A stretch of DNA of 64,000 nt, from positions 171,395-235,394 of IMG/VR virus record IMGVR_UViG_3300015263_000944; one strand, written 5' to 3'. This document shows positions 56,410 through 64,000 of the stretch, piece by piece. The translations under genes and the position numbers were made by a program. The DNA comes from a virus. The notes below the pieces were generated by a model. It did no database searches. It was not told where the DNA came from and saw only the letters and a program-made list of their open reading frames with translations. The number at the start of each line of letters is the position of its first letter. Within the stretch, counting starts at the first letter, position 1.

Positions 56410-57272
56410 ACAGCCACCGGAATTTCCAGCTTCGGCCCACTCTCGAATTCTGAGATCACGAACGAGTCAGGCGTGTAGCTGTAGATGTCTGCCGCCTTCT
56501 CGATCTCCAACTTAGGAGACGGAATCTCTGGCAGAGTGAGATACTCGGCGACAGCATCCATCTGATCTTCATAGATGTGGCTGTCGTGGGTTTCGTGGAC
56601 GAACTCATAAGGAATACAGTCCGTCTGCTGGGCCAACATCACAGTCAATGCACTGTAGAATTGGATGTTGGCCGGGACGCCGATTGGGAAGTCACAGGAT
56701 CGCTGCGTCATGATCCCGGTCAGGCGTCGGTCATCGTCGATGAGAACCTGATAGCCGTAGTGACACGGCGGGAGCCGCATCTCTGCGACATCGTTCGGGT
56801 TCCACAGTGACCATAAAGTTCGGCGGCAGCTTGGATCTTCCTTGATCCTATTCACGACCCAATCAAGTTGGTCGAATCCACCTCGACCGTAGGCCGCATT
56901 TTCAATTCCTTTGTTGTAGCTGCCGCCGAAATGTCTCAACTGAAAACCATAGACTGGACCGAACGAGTTCTTCTCAAACCCGTGCTTCTTCTCGAAGTTT
57001 TCATCCACCCACGGAGTCCAAAAATTGCAACCGAGAGCCTTGAGTGTTTCGTTGTTGGTACTGCCGCTGATGAACCAGAGAAGTTCTGAGAAGACAGACT
57101 TCGGCCACACCTTTCGCTTGGTGAGGATGGGAAAGCGATCTGTGTCCAGACGGTATCGCTTCAGCATCCCAAAGACTGACTTGGTGCGAATGCCCGTTCG
57201 CTTGTTTGTTCTCCAAACACCTTGCTCCATGATTTCTTTAAGAGCGTCATCGTAGGGCTGCATCAAGTACAT
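56406..57272 (-). CDS. thyA: Thymidylate synthase (ThyA)
   Basis: LPPCH active-site motif, FGPVYGFQLRHFGG, ELLWFISGST. Confidence 0.9.
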   Translation of the reverse strand: MYLMQPYDDALKEIMEQGVWRTNKRTGIRTKSVFGMLKRYRLDTDRFPILTKRKVWPKSVFSELLWFISGSTNNETLKALGCNFWTPWVDENFEKKHGFEKNSFGPVYGFQLRHFGGSYNKGIENAAYGRGGFDQLDWVVNRIKEDPSCRRTLWSLWNPNDVAEMRLPPCHYGYQVLIDDDRRLTGIMTQRSCDFPIGVPANIQFYSALTVMLAQQTDCIPYEFVHETHDSHIYEDQMDAVAEYLTLPEIPSPKLEIEKAADIYSYTPDSFVISEFESGPKLEIPVAV

Positions 57273-57432
57273 GGAAGTCTCCTAAAATGAAAATATGGGG
57301 CTCATCGACACCGCTGACCCTCATACTCAACGCTGAAAAACAATCTTGAACCTTGGTCAACAATGCACGGTCGGTGCCCCATGAACCGCCAGCGGGGTGC
57401 CACTGAGTTTATGGAAACAATTTACGTCACCA

Positions 57433-57445
57433 ACGCAAGTTGCGT
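57433..57445. promoter_or_regulatory. 6-1-6 perfect palindrome ACGCAAgTTGCGT in divergent intergenic region
   Basis: Lies in the 230-bp non-coding gap between thyA(-) and gene 57501(+); candidate operator. Confidence 0.25.
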
Positions 57446-57500
57446 GACTTCCAAATGCTATTGGATCTTAAGGAATGTGTCAACCTCACTCTCTTAAGGA

Positions 57501-58163
57501 ATGATCACAAAATTTGGAAAAGACCTTTCGGTGCTGATTGTTACAGAGCCCGGTCGAGATTGGGAAGCCTATGCCACATGGTACTCGGTCTTCAAGAATC
57601 TCCCGGATGCTCGGACAGCCATCGTTTCTATAAGAAACGGCGAGACCCCGTTTCATCTGTTCCAATGGACCAAACGACTGAAAGTGCCGCTGGTGCATAT
57701 CCAGCCCATCTGCGAGAAGCCAGAAGCCGCTCGCTGGCTAGATGCTGCCCGGCACGCCATCCAACGAAAGCTGGTGGGAGAAAACGTCCTCGTCATCCCT
57801 CATCTGGTCATGGCCTTAGAAGTTTTGGACGCAAAGCTTCTTAATGAATTCGCCAACTCAGATGTCGCTTTCGGGCACAACGCAATTTTCTTGAAGAATC
57901 CAAACGTAGACCAACTACTGAATGACATCCTGTTGGACGATAAAAAACCGGAGTTGCGGAATATCTGCCCTGAAGCAAAAGAAACCCAGACACTCTCTTC
58001 TATGGTGAGTTACCGGAAAGGGTGTGGGAAATGGATACATAGATTGAAAGGATGTCCGTTTTCGAATGCGGCTGGTCTTGTCACGAGTGACATGACCGTA
58101 AACGAGATTCGAATCATAGATCTATGGAAAAGGATGTGCCAACTTTATAGCGCAGTCTTGTGA
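57501..58163 (+). CDS. Hypothetical protein
   Basis: ORF track. Confidence 0.5.
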   Translation: MITKFGKDLSVLIVTEPGRDWEAYATWYSVFKNLPDARTAIVSIRNGETPFHLFQWTKRLKVPLVHIQPICEKPEAARWLDAARHAIQRKLVGENVLVIPHLVMALEVLDAKLLNEFANSDVAFGHNAIFLKNPNVDQLLNDILLDDKKPELRNICPEAKETQTLSSMVSYRKGCGKWIHRLKGCPFSNAAGLVTSDMTVNEIRIIDLWKRMCQLYSAVL

Positions 58164-58173
58164 GGTAAAACAA

Positions 58174-58485
58174 ATGGAACGCTTTTTTGATAACGACCCA
58201 GAACGAGAGCACAAATTCTTCGAATCGCTTCATGATGAAGATGATTTGGAGATGGAGCTAGACGAAGATGCAATCGCCTACCTTGACCCAGAAGGCGTCA
58301 TGCAAGTCATGAACATCGATCTGGCCCACAGCGAACTGAAGCATCACCTAATCAGCAAGGCTGTAGAGATCTGTGAGAAGAGCTTCTTGTGGAAGTTCAA
58401 AGGCATCAAAACAAAGATGCGAGAAATCCACGTCGTCTATGAATGGCTGAAGCTGATGACCGAAGACGACCCAAATGAGGAATAG
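58174..58485 (+). CDS. Acidic hypothetical protein
   Basis: ORF track. Confidence 0.45.
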   Translation: MERFFDNDPEREHKFFESLHDEDDLEMELDEDAIAYLDPEGVMQVMNIDLAHSELKHHLISKAVEICEKSFLWKFKGIKTKMREIHVVYEWLKLMTEDDPNEE

Positions 58486-58487
58486 AA

Positions 58488-58850
58488 ATGCCAATCTACG
58501 AATTCGAATGTAATGAATGTCATGAAAAGTTTGACGACTTGGTAACTATGAGCAAAGCTGAAACGTGCCCAGACACCAAGTGTCCAAAATGCGAATCCAA
58601 AAATTGGACTAAGCTTGTAAGCTGCCCCAATTTCATGTTCACCAACCCGGTAGGCACTGACCGGTGGAACAGCAGTTCCTCCGGTCATGACTATCGCTTC
58701 AAACACAACATCCCAAAGGTGAAGGCCGAGCGTGAGATGGCCGAGCAACTGTCGCACATGGGTTCGAATCCCTATGGTGATACCTCGGACAAAGACATCC
58801 AGATGGACACCGGAATTCACGACGCCGACTCAAGGCCGGGCCTAAGCTGA
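58488..58850 (+). CDS. FmdB-family zinc-ribbon protein
   Basis: MPIYEFECNECHEKFD...CPKCES (CxxC...CxxC, FmdB N-terminal signature). Confidence 0.55.
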   Translation: MPIYEFECNECHEKFDDLVTMSKAETCPDTKCPKCESKNWTKLVSCPNFMFTNPVGTDRWNSSSSGHDYRFKHNIPKVKAEREMAEQLSHMGSNPYGDTSDKDIQMDTGIHDADSRPGLS

Positions 58851-59261
58851 TGTGAGAGCCTGAAGCAAATCGTATTCCCGTCTGAACTGTGGGAATCGTG
58901 CGATATATGGCAAGATGTTTTCCCTGACCGTGGCTTCCATGTTCAGGACATAAGGATCGTCAGTTGAATTGTCGTTGCTCAGCACGTCGATCAACTGACC
59001 CAGCCATTGTCGAACCATTGGCTCTTGAGCATTCCCGCTGACAATTTTCTGAGCGATTGAATCGATGTTCGCCAAGACGTTTTCCTGCACCTGCGGCTGC
59101 TTCTTGGGCTGCTTCTCTTTCTTGGGAGGATCTTCCTCAAACATCGTAGAAACCATGGGAGGCCACATGCGTCTCCACATGGGGATGGAAATCCGCCTGA
59201 ACCCAGCGATGTCGCCGGTCGAGGTTCCAACTTCCTTCAACAACCATTCTTTGAATCCCAT
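58842..59261 (-). CDS. Hypothetical protein with CTS-like N-terminus (MGFKEWLLKE)
   Basis: GGGAGGAA RBS; family motif. Confidence 0.5.
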   Translation of the reverse strand: MGFKEWLLKEVGTSTGDIAGFRRISIPMWRRMWPPMVSTMFEEDPPKKEKQPKKQPQVQENVLANIDSIAQKIVSGNAQEPMVRQWLGQLIDVLSNDNSTDDPYVLNMEATVRENILPYIARFPQFRREYDLLQALTSA

Positions 59262-59827
59262 TACATTCCTCCCATCGGTGGCCCGCCCATCGGTGGTGCG
59301 CCTCCCATTGGAGGACCACCCATCGGTGGCCCGCCCATACCCATACCGCCGCCGCCACCAGCAAGTGGCTCAACCCATGCGTCCATCAACTGTTCCAAGT
59401 TCATTTGCTCTGTTTGATCTTCGACAGGGCCATCCCAGTAAAGCGGGTTCTGGTCACTGCTGTATCTGTGAATGAACAGTTTAGGGTTATCTTGGTACAT
59501 CATTGCCAACGGAAACGTCACTTCGTAGGTCTCATCCCCTCGATCTTTGATCGAAACATTGATGTTTCCAGCAACTCTGAAAGGCCAACCAAAATCAGGA
59601 ATCTTCGGGCCATAGAGCATCACGCTGTCAGATTCCAATGCAGCAGAAAAATCTTCGTCTCGAATCCCAAACTCACGACCAAGCACTTCAGGATGGTGCT
59701 TATTAGTCGTTTTGTTTTGAGGATCAGACGGTGGTGCGGCATCAGCACCCATTGGTGGTGCTGCTTCATCTTCTCTCAACTTGCAGGAGAAGGAATGCTC
59801 TCTGATGAATTCACGAAATCTGGTCAT
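59261..59827 (-). CDS. Hypothetical protein with CTS-like N-terminus (MTRFREFIRE) and C-terminal (PPMGG)n Gly/Pro/Met repeat
   Basis: ORF 59261-59854, motif at internal Met; C-terminus GGGGGMGMGGPPMGGPPMGGAPPMGGPPMGGM. Confidence 0.5.
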   Translation of the reverse strand: MTRFREFIREHSFSCKLREDEAAPPMGADAAPPSDPQNKTTNKHHPEVLGREFGIRDEDFSAALESDSVMLYGPKIPDFGWPFRVAGNINVSIKDRGDETYEVTFPLAMMYQDNPKLFIHRYSSDQNPLYWDGPVEDQTEQMNLEQLMDAWVEPLAGGGGGMGMGGPPMGGPPMGGAPPMGGPPMGGM

Positions 59828-59872
59828 GTCAAAGGTATATATTAAGGCAGACACAGTTTGGCGAGGTGATAA

Positions 59873-60325
59873 GTGGCAACTTTTAAGACATGGCTATTTG
59901 AGGAAGAAGAGTTAGATGGGAAGATCAACTCCCTTCTCGACTCGGAAGGCTTCATCTTGTTCTTCAAGAAAGACGATGATTTCTTTGGTGTATCAGAGGA
60001 CGGGCGAATTGTTTTCGCCAAGATGAAAAACCCCGAGGATGAAGATCTGCCGTCTGGATGGGAAGATGAAGCCAGCTTTTCTGCCCAGAATCTCACCAAG
60101 AAAATGAAGGGGGAACCCGCCACTCACCTCTTCAAGAAGGAAGACCTGAACTCGATCAAAGTCATGGATCGGGAGAAAATGTTCGCAGAACTGAAGAAGA
60201 TCGCCGAAGGTCTCGGGGACGAAGCGTTCAAGAAAGACCCCGGATTCAGGGTCATCGACATCGCCAGCTTGTTCCAACGTGAGCCTGATGAGGCTCCCAA
60301 TTTTGTCAGGGCAGACGAGGAGTAA
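59873..60325 (+). CDS. Acidic hypothetical protein with CTS-like N-terminus (MATFKTWLFEEEE)
   Basis: Family motif. Confidence 0.5.
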   Translation: MATFKTWLFEEEELDGKINSLLDSEGFILFFKKDDDFFGVSEDGRIVFAKMKNPEDEDLPSGWEDEASFSAQNLTKKMKGEPATHLFKKEDLNSIKVMDREKMFAELKKIAEGLGDEAFKKDPGFRVIDIASLFQREPDEAPNFVRADEE

Positions 60326-60328
60326 CAA

Positions 60329-60721
60329 ATGCCATCACTACTAGAACTTCAAGATCTGTACTACGAAGCATTGGTTCGTGAACTGATCGAAAAAACCAAA
60401 TCCTGCGGCCTGACATGGATTCATCTGGGCGGCACGCAGTTTCAAGCAACAGAAGTCAATACAGCCGTTGACCCCAACGTCACATGGGACTTCTTCCTGA
60501 CCCAGACCACTATCGGCAACGCTACAGAGAAATTCACACTCGATGTGAAGAAAGATAGCGTGACCTACGTTTCCATGGAAGCTGGCCCTCTGCCAAACAC
60601 GGGCCGCAGCAGTGTCGTCAAAGAGCTTTACGAGATCGTTGAGATCATCGTGCTCGAACTGGACGCCAAACTGAAGGAGACTGTCAACTTCGTACAGAGT
60701 CTCCAAGATTGTAGGAGCTAA
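60329..60721 (+). CDS. Hypothetical protein
   Basis: ORF track. Confidence 0.45.
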   Translation: MPSLLELQDLYYEALVRELIEKTKSCGLTWIHLGGTQFQATEVNTAVDPNVTWDFFLTQTTIGNATEKFTLDVKKDSVTYVSMEAGPLPNTGRSSVVKELYEIVEIIVLELDAKLKETVNFVQSLQDCRS

Positions 60722-60723
60722 GA

Positions 60724-61419
60724 ATGAGTCGCAACTTCGAAGATGCAAGCGACCAAGGCAAAAGTATGCGAAAGTGGCAGTGCTTTGTCTGCGGTCAAAA
60801 CTTCGACGAATATCCAGAATACAAAGAACACATTCTTGAGAACCACGAGGAAGGTCGTGAATACCTCAAGTGTCCTGCTTGTGATGCGCCGGTACGAGAC
60901 ATGAAGGCACACTTCAAGTGCAAGCACCCACAACGTATCATGCCAAAAGGAATTCAACATCGAGTCTCCATCTGGCATGACTTCAAGCCCGGCAAGAACG
61001 GGAAGAAAAAGAACTCGGTGCGAAAACCAAAGTTCCGCACAGGAGAGTTTGAATCAAGAAAAAGCGGAACCCTGATCAAGTATCGATCAGGGATGGAAGA
61101 AGAGTTCTACAATCTGTTGGAACAAGACAATGACGTGATGTCATTTCATGCTGAGCCTTACAAGGTTCCCTATTATTGGCAAGGGGAGTGGCACGACTAC
61201 ATTCCAGATATCCGGGTCAACTTCATGGATGGCAGCGTAGAGATCTGGGAAGTAAAGCCTGCCAATCAGACCAGCTATGATCAGAACAAAGCCAAGTGGG
61301 CCTCAGCCCATACATGGGCACAGAATCACGGATGGGGATTCGTGGTTCAAACAGAAGTTGGTCTGGGCAAATTGAAGACCAAAGTGAGACGCCAGCGAGG
61401 CGATCTGCTTAACGAGTAG
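60724..61419 (+). CDS. C2H2 zinc-finger protein fused to TnsA-like PD-(D/E)xK endonuclease domain
   Basis: CFVCGQNFDEYPEYKEHILENH and CPACDAPVRDMKAHFKCKH (C2H2); C-terminal YIPDIRVNFMDGSVEIWEVKP (PD...ExK). Confidence 0.55.
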   Translation: MSRNFEDASDQGKSMRKWQCFVCGQNFDEYPEYKEHILENHEEGREYLKCPACDAPVRDMKAHFKCKHPQRIMPKGIQHRVSIWHDFKPGKNGKKKNSVRKPKFRTGEFESRKSGTLIKYRSGMEEEFYNLLEQDNDVMSFHAEPYKVPYYWQGEWHDYIPDIRVNFMDGSVEIWEVKPANQTSYDQNKAKWASAHTWAQNHGWGFVVQTEVGLGKLKTKVRRQRGDLLNE

Positions 61420-61704
61420 TCACTTCTTCAGCCGTCTTAACGTCAGAAGCAAGAAGATTCCGGTCCAAGACCCCATCATCATCGGAATCAAATACAAGAA
61501 ATTGTTGACATAACAAAGCACGCCGAGTGCGATAAAGAAGTGCATCGTGCATCCGGCACACGCTGCATGGAAGGCCGACATCTCCACTACCTTGATCGTA
61601 AAATACGAATTGATGGCATCCAGAATGCAATAAATGCAAAAAAGGGCGGCAGCAATGCCGAAGTTAAATGTTGCGATGTCCATCGGTCCCCCTGCTTTTC
61701 TCAA
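61420..61704 (-). CDS. Membrane protein (3 TM)
   Basis: Hydrophobic throughout. Confidence 0.4.
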   Translation of the reverse strand: MRKAGGPMDIATFNFGIAAALFCIYCILDAINSYFTIKVVEMSAFHAACAGCTMHFFIALGVLCYVNNFLYLIPMMMGSWTGIFLLLTLRRLKK

Positions 61705-61921
61705 GAAGTTGTTTAAGGTGTTCTCTTATTTGATCTCTGGTTTTCTCCTCTAAGATCTCTGCGGCTCTTTTTTGATGCTCCTTGTACTCCTCAGCAGTAA
61801 TGAGACCCTTCTCGTGCAGAACTGTCTTCAATGCCAAGTTCTCGACCAGCAAGAACTTGATCATATCTGCCTTCATAAAGAATGCTTCGGTCGCAACTCG
61901 TTCGATTTCTTGTCGATCCAT
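61664..61921 (-). CDS. Hypothetical protein
   Basis: ORF track. Confidence 0.35.
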   Translation of the reverse strand: MDRQEIERVATEAFFMKADMIKFLLVENLALKTVLHEKGLITAEEYKEHQKRAAEILEEKTRDQIREHLKQLLEKSRGTDGHRNI

Positions 61922-61948
61922 TATCTATCCTCCTGACAACAGCTTAGA

Positions 61949-63028
61949 TTATCCTGACACGTTAATTGAATCACAGAATTGTTGAATAACGTCTTCCAAC
62001 AAAAGACCCAATACTCCGTTAATTACAGTACCCGCTGTTGCATCTGTAATATCCGTGGCTTGATTCTTGGGTTGTTCTGGATCAGTATCACTGCCACCAT
62101 CCAAGCCAAGACCAGCACTTCCGGGATTGAGGGCAATCACCTGAATGTTCGCAGCAGTCAATGCTGTAATGACCTCTCCCACTGTCGGATAATCATGGCC
62201 TTTCGCTCCAGCAGCCCAGCCCCAGATATCGCCTACCCATGCAATTGCTCGATTGGCAGTGGGGCGTCCCCCAAGAGTTGTTTCCCACTCCAAGGCGGCT
62301 TTCTGTAATGTAGCCAATTGCTGCTCCGGGCCATCTCCTCCACCACCGGCACTTAAATTACCCACAGCGAAAACCACTCCCTCAAAGTCATCGGTGAATC
62401 CTGTGTTGACTTTCCATCCGTTCGCATAATCGCCAACGTCTTCAAAGTCCCTGTATGTCACCAATCCAATACGACAGGTTGGGCTGTCCATAGCCACAAT
62501 AACTTCAGACAACAAATCTCTGAAAGCCGCAATGGTGCTTCCCATAGAACCTGTCGTATCGACAACCAAAAGAATATCGGTGTTCGAACACACGCAGCCA
62601 GACAGATAATCTGGAATTAGCGATCCTCCCACAACAACACCTCCCGAGGTGGTAATGTTGTGGGTTCTAAGACAACGACAACTATCTTGAAGAGCCTCAA
62701 GAAGCTCTTGCTCGTCATCAGGAAGAAACGAGAACTGTTCTTCTACAGTCTCAAAAATTGAGATGATCTCAGGGTGGACAGACGAGGAGAGCGTGACAAA
62801 AAGCTTGCCCTCCTTCAAGAATTCCAGATAGTAACCCGTGCTGGAGTTGTTGACAGACACACGGCCCACACGCACCACCCAATACGTCCCATTGATGACG
62901 GGGGTGACTTCATAGAGCGTAGGGCCGATTTTATTCCAGACATAGGCGCAATTTTTGGTGCTCTCCTGAATGATGTCAATCAGGATCAACTCTTCAATGC
63001 CAAAAAGTTCTTCAAGGTTCTCTGCCAT
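61949..63028 (-). CDS. von Willebrand factor A (vWA) domain protein
   Basis: MIDAS motif DILLVVDTTGSMGS; Gly-rich C-terminal region. Confidence 0.7.
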   Translation of the reverse strand: MAENLEELFGIEELILIDIIQESTKNCAYVWNKIGPTLYEVTPVINGTYWVVRVGRVSVNNSSTGYYLEFLKEGKLFVTLSSSVHPEIISIFETVEEQFSFLPDDEQELLEALQDSCRCLRTHNITTSGGVVVGGSLIPDYLSGCVCSNTDILLVVDTTGSMGSTIAAFRDLLSEVIVAMDSPTCRIGLVTYRDFEDVGDYANGWKVNTGFTDDFEGVVFAVGNLSAGGGGDGPEQQLATLQKAALEWETTLGGRPTANRAIAWVGDIWGWAAGAKGHDYPTVGEVITALTAANIQVIALNPGSAGLGLDGGSDTDPEQPKNQATDITDATAGTVINGVLGLLLEDVIQQFCDSINVSG

Positions 63029-63057
63029 ACTTGTATGTACGGCTCATGAGAACCTTT

Positions 63058-64000
63058 CTAGTTTCCGTGTTTCGTCGTTAACCAGCGAACAGTTCGACTT
63101 TCGGATCGCATTGCCACAGAGTTAGTAACAGGACCGTGTGAGGTGAATCGGACACCTTCCAAAAGCTGGCCGTTGGTGATTCCAGTGGCAGCGAACATGA
63201 CCTCGCCCGCTGCCAAATCTTCAATTCCGAGCAACCGGTCGTTGGCGGGATTCCATGTTTCGGCAGTGCCATAGCTCATGTTATGATCAACCTTCTCTTC
63301 GCCTTTCTCAAACTCCTGACATTGCATAAATCCACCCATGCACTTCATTGCCGCTGCGGCAATGACGGCCTCTGGTGCGCCACCAATACTCCAATACATG
63401 TCAATCCCCGAGTCGGGCACACATGTCGCAATACAAGCAGTCACATCACAATCTGTGATGAATTTGATTCGACAACCTATTTGCCGCAAATCCGCAATGA
63501 GATCTTTGTGCCGTGGACGATCCATCACACAGACAGTGACATGTTGAGGGGACTTACCGAGAGCGGCGGCGACCATTCCAACATTTGCACTGGCCGGGTT
63601 CCTCAGATCGATCTGAGACTTGGACGCCACTTCTGGCCCTACGGCGATCTTGTCCATGTAGAACCAGTCGGTTTTGTAGAGCGAATCTTTCTTGCCCATA
63701 GCGATCACAGACATCGCTTCATAGCCGCCCTTGGCTGTGGGGGTTGTGCCTTCGATGGGATCGACGGCGATAGCGTAGTCTGGGATGTGCGTCTTTTGAC
63801 CCCATTCCTCAACCGCTGTTGGATCTTTGCCAATTGACTCCAGCCCAACCCACTCGCCTTCATACAAACCGAAGGACTCGTCCTTTTTGCCTTCGCCGAT
63901 GGCGATCTCTGCGAAAAAGTCGATGTCATTCAACCGACTCCGCATGGCATCTGTGGCTTCTTTGTCAGCAGCCTCTTTGTTGCCCCTTCCAACCCACTTG
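63058..64000 (-). CDS. glpX: Class II fructose-1,6-bisphosphatase (GlpX/FBP-SBPase type); N-terminus lies beyond the window end
   Basis: AIAVDPIEGTT, LAAGEVMFAATGITNG. The frame stays open upstream of Met 63945 to the window end: KWVGRGNKEAADKEATDAMR matches GlpX RWMGRGDKNAADGAAVDAMR. Confidence 0.8.
   Translation of the reverse strand, partial: KWVGRGNKEAADKEATDAMRSRLNDIDFFAEIAIGEGKKDESFGLYEGEWVGLESIGKDPTAVEEWGQKTHIPDYAIAVDPIEGTTPTAKGGYEAMSVIAMGKKDSLYKTDWFYMDKIAVGPEVASKSQIDLRNPASANVGMVAAALGKSPQHVTVCVMDRPRHKDLIADLRQIGCRIKFITDCDVTACIATCVPDSGIDMYWSIGGAPEAVIAAAAMKCMGGFMQCQEFEKGEEKVDHNMSYGTAETWNPANDRLLGIEDLAAGEVMFAATGITNGQLLEGVRFTSHGPVTNSVAMRSESRTVRWLTTKHGN

Noticed and set aside
55664-56515. 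283-aa plus-strand ORF
   Set aside because: Antisense across folA/thyA.
58759-58771. GGGTTCGAATCCC T-loop-like sequence (possible tRNA)
   Set aside because: Lies inside the FmdB zinc-ribbon coding sequence (encodes MGSNPY). Flanks give only a 3-bp T-stem and no acceptor/anticodon arms.

Overview
This 64 kb window reads like part of a large lytic dsDNA phage genome, probably a marine myovirus or jumbo phage type. It is densely coding, mostly on the minus strand, with short overlaps and ATGA-type translational coupling. No rRNA, CRISPR array, integrase or transposase was seen. Only a few genes can be named with confidence, and all calls rest on protein motifs read by eye, not database searches.

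Recognisable content:
- Auxiliary and nucleotide metabolism: PhoH, thymidylate synthase and DHFR in one operon, two dCMP deaminase paralogs, a dUTPase-fold protein, MazG, and a class II FBPase (GlpX) cut by the window end.
- Translation and protein quality control: IF-3, ribosomal protein S21 with a basic tail, peptide deformylase, a full DnaJ, a ClpP-like protease, and a one-piece tmRNA (ssrA) followed by a terminator.
- Replication: a DnaE-type polymerase split into two genes about 9 kb apart.
- Glycan modification: the ADP-heptose enzyme HldE, three GT9 heptosyltransferase-like paralogs, several GT2 enzymes, a sulfotransferase, an SDR epimerase, GNAT, TylF-like and FkbM-like methyltransferases, and a PDC/IPDC-family TPP decarboxylase.
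- A PrkA, YeaH (DUF444) and SpoVR triad with two glycan genes inserted between YeaH and SpoVR.
- A putative lysis or envelope cluster: a secreted permuted-papain amidase, small membrane proteins and a PspC-domain peptide.

The most striking observation is a dispersed family of at least 11 otherwise unrelated genes whose products all start with a shared 10-residue motif, M-x-F-K/R-x-W/F-L/I-x-x-E. It resembles the T4 internal-protein capsid-targeting sequence and its protease site, which suggests a large set of proteins that are packaged and processed.
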